Source of the DNA: Dehalococcoidia bacterium UBA3088 | Lineage (GTDB): Bacteria; Chloroflexota; Dehalococcoidia; UBA2247; UBA3088 | Direction of reading: 5' to 3' | DNA: 60,606 nt | NCBI GenBank assembly: GCA_002367275.1 | Contig: DFBE01000039.1 | Span: 25,390 to 85,995, forward strand | Shown here: positions 18,590-27,870 of the stretch, one piece after another | Layout: each line of letters opens with the position of its first letter | How positions within the stretch are numbered: the first letter of the stretch is position 1 | Program-made: the position numbers and the translations under genes | The notes under the pieces: model-generated | What the model was told of the DNA's origin: nothing | Databases searched by the model: none | What the model saw: the letters and a program-made list of their open reading frames with translations, nothing else

Positions 18590-19142
18590 GTTTCAGCTCC
18601 TCTATAATCTTTTCAGTTTTTCTCTTACTTCTCCTAAGCCCATAGATTTGGGTACAGAATGATGTGATAATAGAGACAAAGTCTTGCATTAAATCCTGTT
18701 TACCATTTTCAGCTTCATTCACCACTTCTATATTCCTACCCGTCTTTTGAAGTAAAATCTTAATATAGTTAAAGCCAAAGCGAGTTAATCTATCTTTATG
18801 CTCAACAATTATGAGAGCATAATTCTCATCGTTAAGAAGGGCGTTGAGCTTTTTCCTGTTATCATTAACACCGCTTCCAACTTCTTTTATGACCTTCTTA
18901 ATTCTATAACCTTTGGCTATGCAGTATTCCTTTAGCCTTTCTGCCTGGCTATCAAGGTTGTCTCTGTTCTCAGCACTGGAGACCCGGGCATATATACAAA
19001 CCCCTTGCTCTCTGCCCGGGTTTTCGTTAACTATTATTGTCCCTGTAGGAAGCTGATAAGCGTCTAATCTTCCATCTTTCCAATAACGCCAAGCAGTACG
19101 ATAACTTACTCCCAGTTTGCGGGCATAATCTGACAGTTTCAC
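18582..19142 (-). CDS. tnpA: IS607-family serine recombinase transposase
   Basis: 186 aa with a GTG start. It has a MerR-like HTH N-terminus (YARKLGVSYRTAWRYWKDG) and a resolvase catalytic block (IYARVSSAENRDNLDSQ). Confidence 0.9.
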   Translation of the reverse strand: MKLSDYARKLGVSYRTAWRYWKDGRLDAYQLPTGTIIVNENPGREQGVCIYARVSSAENRDNLDSQAERLKEYCIAKGYRIKKVIKEVGSGVNDNRKKLNALLNDENYALIIVEHKDRLTRFGFNYIKILLQKTGRNIEVVNEAENGKQDLMQDFVSIITSFCTQIYGLRRSKRKTEKIIEELKRD

Positions 19143-19148
19143 AAGCCA

Positions 19149-19154
19149 ATTATA
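19149..19154 (-). promoter_or_regulatory. candidate -10 box (TATAAT) 6 nt upstream of the tnpA GTG; possible leaderless transcript
   Basis: The minus strand reads TATAAT-TGGCTT-GTG with no Shine-Dalgarno. Confidence 0.35.
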
Positions 19155-19244
19155 TCATAAACTTCACCATCTGTCTATAAAAACAGCGAAGTTTTATGGT
19201 ACGGAGGTCACATAAAATCCAGAATATAGCCTTGACTATGGGGC

Positions 19245-19886
19245 CTAAGGAACGGTAAAACCACATTTATCTCCCGCCAGCTTCAGGATTCGGCATACTA
19301 CTTCAGAGGGGGTTATCCCTTCTGTATCGATGACATGAGCATCAGAGGCAGGACGAAGGGGGGAAACAGAGCGAGTTTTATCCATATTGTCGCGAGCCCT
19401 GATTGCTGCCAACGCTGTGGCCGGCTTTTCCCCCTTTTGAAGGAAGCGACGCCGTGCTCGCTCCTCGAGGCACGCCTCAAGGTATATCTTAAGCTCGGCC
19501 TGAGGAAAGACCACTGTCCCTATATCTCTCCCCACTACCACGGCGTTTTTCTCCACCAGCCTTCGTTGTTGAGGAAGAATGGCCTCCCGGAGCCTGCCCA
19601 GCTTTGAAATGTGAGGAACCAGCCTTTCCACCTCCGAAGTGAAAAGATCTGGGGAGTAAAACCTTTGGTTGTCCACGGAGATGCCGTCAGGAGATAGGAA
19701 TTTAAACTGGGAGCTTTTGGCTAAAGAAGTAAGGGACTCCTCATCCTTTCCCTGGTGCAGAGAGATGTAGGCTAAGGTTCGGTAGATAATGCCTGTATCG
19801 ATAAGTAAATAGTCCAACTTTTGGGCCAGTAGCTTACCCACGGTGGTCTTTCCTGAAGCTGAGGGGCCATCGATGGCGATGACCAT
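19245..19886 (-). CDS. cmk: cytidylate kinase
   Basis: 213 aa. The N-terminal P-loop is IAIDGPSASGKTTV. Confidence 0.9.
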   Translation of the reverse strand: MVIAIDGPSASGKTTVGKLLAQKLDYLLIDTGIIYRTLAYISLHQGKDEESLTSLAKSSQFKFLSPDGISVDNQRFYSPDLFTSEVERLVPHISKLGRLREAILPQQRRLVEKNAVVVGRDIGTVVFPQAELKIYLEACLEERARRRFLQKGEKPATALAAIRARDNMDKTRSVSPLRPASDAHVIDTEGITPSEVVCRILKLAGDKCGFTVP

Positions 19887-19930
19887 TTAGACTATTATAG
19901 GTTTTCTTTTCTTCTCTGTCTAATCTGGCG

Positions 19931-19936
19931 TATAAT
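19931..19936 (+). promoter_or_regulatory. candidate -10 box (TATAAT) 6 nt upstream of the ArsA-like ATG; possible leaderless transcript
   Basis: Reads GCGTATAATTGTAGCATG with no Shine-Dalgarno between the box and the ATG at 19943. Confidence 0.35.
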
Positions 19937-19942
19937 TGTAGC

Positions 19943-21178
19943 ATGAGAGTTGTCCTGTATACCGGTAAGGGGGGGGTGGGGAAGACCAGCATTGCCGCCA
20001 GTCATGCCCTTCGCTCAGCAGGTCAAGGGCTCAGGACGGTGATTCTATCCACTGACTCAGCGCACAGCCTCTCTGATTGTTTTGACCTTGGTTTAGGAAA
20101 TGAACCTCGACTTATCGCCCCTAACTTATGGGGGCAAGAGCTAAACATATATCAAGAGATAGATAAGAGGTTCTACCAGGAGCGAAGATGGGGAGAGGCA
20201 GCGGACTATCTCCGTGAGCTTGCCCGGTGGTTGGGGATGGAGGAAGTCGTGGCCGAGGAGGTGATGGTTTTGCCCGGAGTGGAGGAAGTATCAAATTTAC
20301 TCTACATTCGAAACTATACCGAGGGAGTGTATAAAGGAAACTATGATGTCATCGTTGTAGACTGTGCCCCTACCGGGGAAACGCTGAGGCTTCTTAGCCT
20401 TCCTGAAACCTTCCGCTGGTGGATGGAAAAGGTATACCCCTTCTTTAAGCGAGCAACCCTGTGGTCTAGACCTGTTCTCAAAAGCACATCTCATCTTCCT
20501 CTGCCCGGGGAGGCAAAAAGGTTTACGAAACTTCCCCTTCCTTCAGATGAAGTATTCCGGGTAGGAGAGGAGATATTCGAGGAGTTCAGGAGAGTAGCTA
20601 GCCTGCTTACCGACCCTCGGCTAACCTCGGTGAGGTTGGTTTTAACTCCGGAGAAGATGGTGATCGATGAATCACGAAGAACCTTCACTTACCTAAACCT
20701 GTATGGCTATCTGGTGGATGCCATTATCTTAAATCGTCTTATACCCCAGGAAGGGAGTGGTGAGTATTTCCGAAGGTGGAGGGAAAATCAGGAGGTTAAT
20801 GTACAAAAAATAGGAGAATATTTCTCCCCTCTCCCTATCTTGAGTTCCCACCTGCTGCCTTGTGAAGTGGTGGGGAAGGAGATGATCGAGATGCTGGGAA
20901 GGGAAGTCTTTAGCGAGCTTGACCCTGACCAGTTCTTCTTTCAGCGGAAGACGCAAGAAATTTATAAGCTTGATGGTTATTACACCTTGAGCTTAACTCT
21001 TCCCCTGGTGGATAGAGGAAATCTCAGCCTGAAGCGAGATGGTGAGGAAATCATTGCCCAGGTGGGATGCATTCGGAGGAATATCCTTCTTCCGGCGTTC
21101 CTTTCTTCCCTGGAGATAGAGAATGCCCGACTTGATGGCGATAGGCTGGATATAAAATTTAAACGGAGGCAAAAATAA
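19943..21178 (+). CDS. ArsA/GET3(TRC40)-family ATPase with C-terminal HSP20-like domain
   Basis: 411 aa. It has a deviant Walker A (GKGGVGKTS), an A-loop/switch (DSAHSL, VVDCAPTGETLRLL), and a C-terminal beta-rich ~90 aa resembling the ArsA_HSP20 domain. Confidence 0.85.
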   Translation: MRVVLYTGKGGVGKTSIAASHALRSAGQGLRTVILSTDSAHSLSDCFDLGLGNEPRLIAPNLWGQELNIYQEIDKRFYQERRWGEAADYLRELARWLGMEEVVAEEVMVLPGVEEVSNLLYIRNYTEGVYKGNYDVIVVDCAPTGETLRLLSLPETFRWWMEKVYPFFKRATLWSRPVLKSTSHLPLPGEAKRFTKLPLPSDEVFRVGEEIFEEFRRVASLLTDPRLTSVRLVLTPEKMVIDESRRTFTYLNLYGYLVDAIILNRLIPQEGSGEYFRRWRENQEVNVQKIGEYFSPLPILSSHLLPCEVVGKEMIEMLGREVFSELDPDQFFFQRKTQEIYKLDGYYTLSLTLPLVDRGNLSLKRDGEEIIAQVGCIRRNILLPAFLSSLEIENARLDGDRLDIKFKRRQK

Positions 21179-21198
21179 AATTTAGAAGGAGGTGATAA

Positions 21199-21423
21199 AT
21201 GGGAGAGAAAGGCCGTGGTCAGAAGCCGCGCAAAGGTTTTTTGGGACATATGAGGGCGGCAAGAAAAGAGGTTGTGTCTGGTGTAAAGGAGGTTGTTACT
21301 GGTGGTGAGACGGAAGAAATAGTTTGCCATGGTTGTGAGGGGAAGGGTTGGATAGAAACCAAGGATGGTCAGGTTAAGACCTGTCCGGTATGTGGGGGCA
21401 GTGGAACGATAATAAAAGAATAA
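21199..21423 (+). CDS. small protein with DnaJ-type CxxCxGxG zinc finger
   Basis: 74 aa with an RBS (GGAGGTG). A basic N-terminus is followed by CHGCEGKG...CPVCGGSG. Confidence 0.55.
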   Translation: MGEKGRGQKPRKGFLGHMRAARKEVVSGVKEVVTGGETEEIVCHGCEGKGWIETKDGQVKTCPVCGGSGTIIKE

Positions 21424-21432
21424 AGGGGGGAG

Positions 21433-21666
21433 ATGGCAGAGGAAGAAAGGCCCTGGTTCAAGTTTGAGCGCCGTGAGGATGGAGGGTGGACTTTAGAACA
21501 CAGGACACCAAAGTCGCTTTCTAGGTTTGAGGTCCATCTTCGAAGTTCAGGGAAGGAGTTTTTGCTGGCCTGGCGAGATCTTATTGACCACTGGGTTGAA
21601 TCCTTAGAGGAAAAAGAGGAACAAGGGGAAAAAGAAATAACCGATATAGATATTGAAGGTGAGTAA
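21433..21666 (+). CDS. hypothetical acidic protein
   Basis: 77-aa ORF 9 nt after the previous stop, with GGGGGAG upstream and a highly acidic C-terminus. No recognisable family. Confidence 0.4.
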   Translation: MAEEERPWFKFERREDGGWTLEHRTPKSLSRFEVHLRSSGKEFLLAWRDLIDHWVESLEEKEEQGEKEITDIDIEGE

Positions 21667-22039
21667 ATACAAGGAATTCTTATGCCCCAGGTGCAGGAAT
21701 TATCCTCTTATATCCGTCCATGAATCGGAAGGTTTCTGCCCTTACTGTGGCAGAGCATTGGTGGAGGTAAAGCCGTATAGATGTTCTAAGGGCCATGTTA
21801 TTTCTCGAAAAGAGCTTCTATCGGGGATTCAACCCTGGAAGGAATTGGTGCAAAGATACTCCTCAAAGTATACTGACCTATCTATGACTCCCGGGGAAAT
21901 AAAATATTGCCATGAGTGCGGAGAGAATATCGGGAACTTGGTGGCCGAAATAAGAAAAGAATTTAACATACCGGCCAGAATAGAGATAAAACCTGGTGGA
22001 TTACCCGGGGTTTTGACCAAACTTTTGAAAATAGAATGA
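21653..22039 (+). CDS. zinc-ribbon protein (two CxxC pairs plus extra Cys/His)
   Basis: 128 aa with CPRCRN...CPYCG and CHECG motifs. It overlaps both neighbours, with an ATGA overlap onto cobQ. The start codon is uncertain (TTG or GTG). Confidence 0.5.
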   Translation: MKVSKYKEFLCPRCRNYPLISVHESEGFCPYCGRALVEVKPYRCSKGHVISRKELLSGIQPWKELVQRYSSKYTDLSMTPGEIKYCHECGENIGNLVAEIRKEFNIPARIEIKPGGLPGVLTKLLKIE

Positions 22040-23532
22040 AGGCCCGGACGCTCATGGTTCAGGGGACGGGGTCTTCAGTGGGCAAGAGCGCTATAGCCTG
22101 TGCCCTGTGTCGCATATTAACTCAGGATGGGTTTTACGTAGCTCCATTTAAATCCCAGAATATGGCGTTGAACTCCGGTGTGACCGCGGATGGGGGGGAG
22201 ATGGGGAGGGCTCAGGTGGTCCAGGCCGAGGCAGCTTGCGTTGAGCCCGACGTTCGCATGAACCCCATACTTCTAAAGCCGGAGGCAGATGCCCAAAGCC
22301 AGGTAATAGTTCTGGGAAGGCCCTGGCGCGTGGTCAAGGCTAGAGAATATTACCTCTATACGGAGGAGCTATTGAAGGTAGTGAGAGAAGCGCTTAACTA
22401 CCTTCTTTCCTCCTATGAAGTGGTAATCATAGAAGGGGCGGGAAGCCCGGCGGAGGTAAACCTGAGGTCTCACGAAATCGTCAATATGAGAATAGCCAGA
22501 ATAGCCAACTCTCCTGTCATCTTGGTGGGGGACATCGATAAAGGAGGAGTATTTGCTCAGCTGGTGGGAACGCTTTCCCTCTTATCCAGGGAGGAGAGGA
22601 GGTATGTAAAGGGACTCCTCATCAATAAGTTCAGAGGGGATATCTCCCTGCTTACCCCGGGGATATCTATCCTGGAGGAGAGAACGAGGAAAAAAGTGCT
22701 GGGGGTTGTGCCTTATTTCCATAATATCCTCATTCCGGATGAAGATTCCATACGCTTGGGAGAGAGAAATGGCGGCGCTCTGGATATTGCTGTCATTCGC
22801 TTTCCCCACATATCTAACTCTACTGACTTCGACCCTCTTCTGAAAGAGAGGGGAGTAAGATTGAGGTATGTAAGTTTTCCTCAAGAATTTTTGTCTCCTG
22901 ACCTTATCATTCTTCCCGGGAGTAAGAGCGTAGCCTTTGATCTGAAGTGGCTTTGGAAGGTGGGGCTGACTTCGCAGATAGTTCAAAGAGCCAATGCGGG
23001 TACCCCGGTGATAGGGATGTGTGGAGGATTTCAAATGCTGGGAAGAAGGATAAAGGACCCCCACGGTGTAGAATCCTCCGAGGAAGATATGCCGGGGTTA
23101 GGGCTTCTGGATACGATAAGCATATTTGAGCCTCAAAAGCTCACTTGCCAGGTAAGAGGTAGGGTATTTACCTCCCGGGGCCTGCTTTCCGGGATGGAGG
23201 ATGTGGAGGTGGAAGGATATGAGATCCATATGGGAAGGACAGAGGGAGCTCTTCCTGCATTCAGAGTAGACAGAAAAGGGAATGGCGCTTCCCTGGATGG
23301 CGCGCTGAGTGAAGACGGATACATTTTGGGCACCTACATTCATGGCCTCTGGGATAGCCCTGACTTTCGCTTCCTTCTTCTACAAAACCTGGCCCGGAGA
23401 AAGGATTTACCTCCTCTAGTCCCAAGCCCGTCCTTCAACAAAGAAGAAGAATTTGATAAACTGGCTGACCTGGTGCGTCAAAGCATTGACCTTGAGACGC
23501 TGTATGATATATGCCATCTCAAAAGGAAATAG
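22036..23532 (+). CDS. cobQ: cobyric acid synthase
   Basis: 498 aa. The N-terminal CobQ/MinD-like domain carries GTGSSVGKS, and the C-terminal GATase-3 domain carries GMCGGFQMLG and the YIHGL block. Confidence 0.9.
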   Translation: MKARTLMVQGTGSSVGKSAIACALCRILTQDGFYVAPFKSQNMALNSGVTADGGEMGRAQVVQAEAACVEPDVRMNPILLKPEADAQSQVIVLGRPWRVVKAREYYLYTEELLKVVREALNYLLSSYEVVIIEGAGSPAEVNLRSHEIVNMRIARIANSPVILVGDIDKGGVFAQLVGTLSLLSREERRYVKGLLINKFRGDISLLTPGISILEERTRKKVLGVVPYFHNILIPDEDSIRLGERNGGALDIAVIRFPHISNSTDFDPLLKERGVRLRYVSFPQEFLSPDLIILPGSKSVAFDLKWLWKVGLTSQIVQRANAGTPVIGMCGGFQMLGRRIKDPHGVESSEEDMPGLGLLDTISIFEPQKLTCQVRGRVFTSRGLLSGMEDVEVEGYEIHMGRTEGALPAFRVDRKGNGASLDGALSEDGYILGTYIHGLWDSPDFRFLLLQNLARRKDLPPLVPSPSFNKEEEFDKLADLVRQSIDLETLYDICHLKRK

Positions 23533-24044
23533 AAGGATATAAATTAGAGCTTCTGTATTCCAAAGAGAAGATCGAGGAAGCTGTCCAAAAAGTAGCCCAA
23601 AGGATATCTCACGACTATCAGGGAAAGCACCCCCTTTTTCTGGGCGTCCTCAGGGGGTGTTTTATATTTCTCTCCGATCTGGTGCGCTCTATAAAAGATG
23701 TGCCCCTGGAAGTGGATTTTGTCCAGGTTTCCCGGTATGTGGAAACTACCGGGGGCGATGTACAATGGGTGAAGACACCTCCTCCTTGCTCAGGCAAGGA
23801 TGTGGTGGTGGTAGAGGACATTGTGGATGAAGGGCCTACCTTAAGCTTTGTTCTTCGCGACCTTCACTCCCAGCTTCCTGCCTCCCTCAAAGTTTGCACT
23901 CTACTTAATAAGCCCTCCCGGAGGAAGATTCCTATTTTCATAGATTACGGTGTGTTTGACATCCCCGACCTCTTCGTTGTAGGATATGGTCTCGATATTG
24001 AGGGTAGGTTTCGTGAGCTTCCGGAGATTTACTTTTTAAAGTGA
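23511..24044 (+). CDS. hpt: hypoxanthine phosphoribosyltransferase
   Basis: 177 aa with the PRPP-binding motif VVVVEDIVDEGPTL. Confidence 0.9.
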   Translation: MPSQKEIEGYKLELLYSKEKIEEAVQKVAQRISHDYQGKHPLFLGVLRGCFIFLSDLVRSIKDVPLEVDFVQVSRYVETTGGDVQWVKTPPPCSGKDVVVVEDIVDEGPTLSFVLRDLHSQLPASLKVCTLLNKPSRRKIPIFIDYGVFDIPDLFVVGYGLDIEGRFRELPEIYFLK

Positions 24045-25729
24045 CAGACCACCGAGCGCTCGCCCGCTTAATAAAGGTGGCCAGAGGTGAGGAAGCAGAC
24101 CTTTTGCTTCTGAATGCGCGGGTAATAAATGTCTTCACCTCCGAGGTTGAGGAAGGCAATGTAGCCATTTCAGAGGGGAGAGTGGCGGGGGTGGGGGATT
24201 ACCATAGAGGAAAGGAGGTCATCGACCTTCAGGGGAGGTACCTTTCCCCTGGCTTTATCAACGGTCATGTTCACATAGAAAGCTCCCTGGTCTCCCTTAC
24301 CGAGTATGCAAGAGCAGTAGTCCCCCATGGAACCTCGGCTGTGGTCTCCGACCTCCATGAGATAGCCAATGTATGCGGGATGAAGGGTATAAAGAGCATC
24401 CTTCGTGAAGCCTCCTCCCTTCCTTTAAGGCTTTACGTTATGCTCCCATCCTGCGTTCCATCTACGGATAGGGAAACCTCAGGATCTGAAGTCTCCCTGG
24501 ATGATATTCGGCTCGCCCTGAAGTGGAAGGGGGTGAGGGGCTTGGGGGAAGTGATGAGCATCCCCCAGGTACTAAGTGGAGATGAGAAGACTTTACTTAA
24601 GATCTCGTCTTGCTCACAAATGATAGTCGATGGCCATGCCCCGCGCCTTTCCGGTAAGAAGCTTAATGCCTATATATCAGCCGGCATATCCTCCGACCAT
24701 GAATCAGTGACCTTAGAAGAGGCTCAAGAGAAGCTTGGGAAAGGTATGCGGGTAATGATACGGGAGGGATCAGCCGCCCAAAACCTTTCTTCTCTTCTCC
24801 CCCTGGTGGAGGATGACAATTACCATCGCTTCCTTCTGGTAACTGACGACGTGAGCCCTTCCGACCTTATGAAAGGAGAGATGGACAATGTGGTGAGGAA
24901 GGCAGTGGAGCGGGGATTAAATCCCCTCCGGGCTATTCAGCTTTCGACCATCAACCCTGCTTCCTATTTTGGACTTCGCACGTCGGGAGCTATAGCCCCT
25001 GGATACCGAGCTGACCTGGTGGCTTTCTTCGACCTTACCCATATAAAGCCGGATATGGTGTTTTTTGAGGGTAAGCTTACGGCAAAGGATGGAATGCCTC
25101 TTTTTTCTCCCCTGCCCCCTGAACATGAAGAACTTCAAAGTACGGTGAACATCAAGCCCTTTACCCTGGATGATCTTAAGATGCCCGAGGAAGGCAAATA
25201 TTTGCCCATAATTAAGGTTTTTCCCCGTGAGATCCTGACCCAGAAATGTTATGAAGAGCTTAAGGTTTCACAAGGGTGTATCGTCCCTGATGTGGAGAGA
25301 GACATTCTTAAGGCAGTGGTGGTAGAAAGGCATAAAGGAAGTGGAAACATGGGTAAGGGCATGGTGAAGGGATTTGGGCTTAGAAAAGGGGCTATGGCCT
25401 CCTCTTTTTCTCATGATGCCCACAACGTGGTGGCGGTAGGCACAAACGACCATGATGTTAACCAAGCCATACTGGAGATAGAGAAAAATCAGGGGGGGAT
25501 GATTTTATGCTCAGACGGCCGGATATTAAGCTTTCTCCCTCTTCCCCTGGCCGGGCTTCTTTCAGATCAGAAGGTAGGGGAGGTGGCAAAATGCATGTCC
25601 CATTTGGAGGAGATGGCTCATGATTTAGGGTGTCGCCTTCCCTCCCCCTTTGCCACCCTCTCCTTTCTGGCCCTTCCCGTTGTTCCTGAGGTCAGGTTGA
25701 CCGACCGGGGGATTGTGGAAGTAGACTGA
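24041..25729 (+). CDS. ade: adenine deaminase
   Basis: 562 aa of the amidohydrolase fold, with the GFINGHVHIESS metal motif and length typical of Ade. Confidence 0.85.
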   Translation: MTDHRALARLIKVARGEEADLLLLNARVINVFTSEVEEGNVAISEGRVAGVGDYHRGKEVIDLQGRYLSPGFINGHVHIESSLVSLTEYARAVVPHGTSAVVSDLHEIANVCGMKGIKSILREASSLPLRLYVMLPSCVPSTDRETSGSEVSLDDIRLALKWKGVRGLGEVMSIPQVLSGDEKTLLKISSCSQMIVDGHAPRLSGKKLNAYISAGISSDHESVTLEEAQEKLGKGMRVMIREGSAAQNLSSLLPLVEDDNYHRFLLVTDDVSPSDLMKGEMDNVVRKAVERGLNPLRAIQLSTINPASYFGLRTSGAIAPGYRADLVAFFDLTHIKPDMVFFEGKLTAKDGMPLFSPLPPEHEELQSTVNIKPFTLDDLKMPEEGKYLPIIKVFPREILTQKCYEELKVSQGCIVPDVERDILKAVVVERHKGSGNMGKGMVKGFGLRKGAMASSFSHDAHNVVAVGTNDHDVNQAILEIEKNQGGMILCSDGRILSFLPLPLAGLLSDQKVGEVAKCMSHLEEMAHDLGCRLPSPFATLSFLALPVVPEVRLTDRGIVEVD

Positions 25730-26979
25730 TGAAAGGTAAAAAAAGAGTAGTGGTCACCGGAATGGGGGCAGTGAGCCCCCTGGGGTTAGATGTCTCCACC
25801 ACCTGGAAAGAGCTGATAAAAGGGGGGTCGGGGGCGGACTATATTACCCTTTTTGACCCCCGGGAGCTCCCTACCCGGTTTGCCGCCGAAGTGAAGGGCT
25901 TTGACCCCATTCAATACTTTGGACGAAAGAAAGCCCGCCAGGTGGACCGATTTGCCCAGTTAGCTTTGGTTTCTGCTCAGGAGGCGGTGAAAAGCTCTCA
26001 TCTTACGATAGACAATACCAACCGGGATGACATAGGGGTGGTAGTAGGCAGCGGAATGGGAGGTCTCTCCACTCTTTGTGAACAGCATACTGTCCTCACG
26101 CAAAAGGGAGCGGGAAGGGTAAGCCCCTTCCTTATTCCCATGTCCATAGTGGACATGGCTTCAGGGGAGATAGCTATCCGTTTTGGGATAGGAGGGACTA
26201 ACTTCGGGACGGTCTCGGCCTGCGCCAGTGGGGCCCATGCCATCGGCACTGCCGTGAGGGAAATTGAGAAGGGGAAGGTTAAAGCGATGATAGCCGGCGG
26301 GAGTGAGGCAGTCATTACCCCTCTGGCTATGGCGGGGTTCTGCGCCATGAGGGCTCTTTCCACCCGAAACGACAACCCCAAAAGGGCATCCCGACCCTTC
26401 GATCTGGAGAGAGATGGGTTTGTGATGGGAGAGGGGGCTGCCTGCCTTGTCCTGGAGAGCTTAGATTTTGCCTTAGGAAGGGGAGCCCCCATACTGGGTG
26501 AAGTTATAGGTTATGGGGCTACTGCCGATGCCCATCATATTGTGGAGATTGAGGAGAGCGGAGAGAGCATAGCCCGCGCAATGCGGCTGGCAGCAGAGGA
26601 AGCAGATATAAAGCCGGGGGATATAGACTACATCAACGCTCATGGTACAGGGACCAGGCTGAATGATGCTGCCGAGACCAGGGCTATCAAATCCTTCTTG
26701 GGCGATGACACTGCCAGGAAGGTTGGCATAAGCTCCACCAAGTCCATGCTAGGTCATCTGATAGGGGCGACGGGAGCCATAGAAGCCATAATATGCCTGC
26801 TCACCATAAGAGAGGGCATAATTCCCCCCACCATAAACTATGAGCATCCCGACCCTGAATGTGATTTGGACTATACTCCCAACGTGGCCCGAAGTAGGAA
26901 AGTTAAGATTGCTCTATCCAACTCGGCAGGCTTTGGGGGACATAATGCGGTGCTCATCTTCGCCCCCTATGAAGGATAG
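25729..26979 (+). CDS. fabF: 3-oxoacyl-[ACP] synthase II
   Basis: 416 aa. It has the active-site SACASG, the HGTGT and GHLIGATG motifs, and the C-terminal NSAGFGGHNA. Confidence 0.95.
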   Translation: MKGKKRVVVTGMGAVSPLGLDVSTTWKELIKGGSGADYITLFDPRELPTRFAAEVKGFDPIQYFGRKKARQVDRFAQLALVSAQEAVKSSHLTIDNTNRDDIGVVVGSGMGGLSTLCEQHTVLTQKGAGRVSPFLIPMSIVDMASGEIAIRFGIGGTNFGTVSACASGAHAIGTAVREIEKGKVKAMIAGGSEAVITPLAMAGFCAMRALSTRNDNPKRASRPFDLERDGFVMGEGAACLVLESLDFALGRGAPILGEVIGYGATADAHHIVEIEESGESIARAMRLAAEEADIKPGDIDYINAHGTGTRLNDAAETRAIKSFLGDDTARKVGISSTKSMLGHLIGATGAIEAIICLLTIREGIIPPTINYEHPDPECDLDYTPNVARSRKVKIALSNSAGFGGHNAVLIFAPYEG

Positions 26980-26980
26980 G

Positions 26981-27838
26981 TCATACGGAGTGAGGGTGAG
27001 TTCTATCATACACTTCCTTTATACGCTCCCGGGTGAGGTGGGTGTATACCTGGGTGGTGGAGATATTGGAATGCCCTAAAAGCTCCTGTACTGAACGGAG
27101 GTCAGCCCCCCCGCTTAACATGTGGGTGGCGAAGCTATGGCGGAAGGTATGGGGTGTGACCTCCAGCTCTACTTTATGGGCATACTCCTTTATGATCTGC
27201 CACAATCCCTGTCGGGTAAGTCTCTCGCCGCGGCGGTTCAGGAATAGAGGACTTTCTCGATCCAGGATATGAGGGTGGGATTCCTTAATATACGTCCTCA
27301 GAGTGTCGATGGCTCTCTGATGGATGGGGATAATTCTTTCCTTTTTACCCTTGCCCTGACAGCGTGCATAGCCTTCTTCAAGCTCTACATCTCCCAGGTT
27401 CAGTGAAATAAGCTCACTGGCCCTCATTCCAGTGGCATACAGAAGCTCCAATATGGCCTCATCCCGAAGATTTCCCGAATGATTTGCTTCCTCGATCATC
27501 TGAGCTATCTTCTCCGGAGGTATCACCTTGGGAAGGGTCTTCCCCAGCCTGGGGGAGCCAATGCCCGCCAGGGGGTTTTCCTTTATTTTTCCTTCTGAGC
27601 AAAGAAAGGTATAGAAGGATCGGAGGGCAGCCAGTTTTCTGGCCATCGTACTGGGAGTGTACCCCCTTCCCTTGAGCCTGTGAATATAGTCCAGAATTTC
27701 CTGCCTTCCCACCCTCCCGGGGTGGGAAAAATGCTCCGCAAACTGATACAGGTCATTCTGGTAGGCCTGGATGGTATTTTGGGAAAGCCCTCGCTCAACA
27801 TCCAGATAGTTCAGGAAAAGATCAATCTCTTGCTTCAT
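26981..27838 (-). CDS. tyrosine recombinase, XerC/XerD type
   Basis: 285 aa. It has an N-terminal SAM-like domain and C-terminal catalytic residues (ATGMRASE, HTFRHSFATHML, LLGHSNISTTQVYTH). Confidence 0.9.
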   Translation of the reverse strand: MKQEIDLFLNYLDVERGLSQNTIQAYQNDLYQFAEHFSHPGRVGRQEILDYIHRLKGRGYTPSTMARKLAALRSFYTFLCSEGKIKENPLAGIGSPRLGKTLPKVIPPEKIAQMIEEANHSGNLRDEAILELLYATGMRASELISLNLGDVELEEGYARCQGKGKKERIIPIHQRAIDTLRTYIKESHPHILDRESPLFLNRRGERLTRQGLWQIIKEYAHKVELEVTPHTFRHSFATHMLSGGADLRSVQELLGHSNISTTQVYTHLTRERIKEVYDRTHPHSV

Positions 27839-27870
27839 GTTGGAGACCTATTTAACATAAGATTATAACC

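Larger units (their letters stand above)
17349..19244 (-). mobile_element. IS607-family insertion sequence (maximum extent; exact ends not determined)
   Basis: A serine-recombinase tnpA overlaps tnpB by 8 nt, as is typical of IS607. The element sits between the housekeeping genes ispH and cmk and is visibly more AT-rich than its flanks. Confidence 0.55.
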
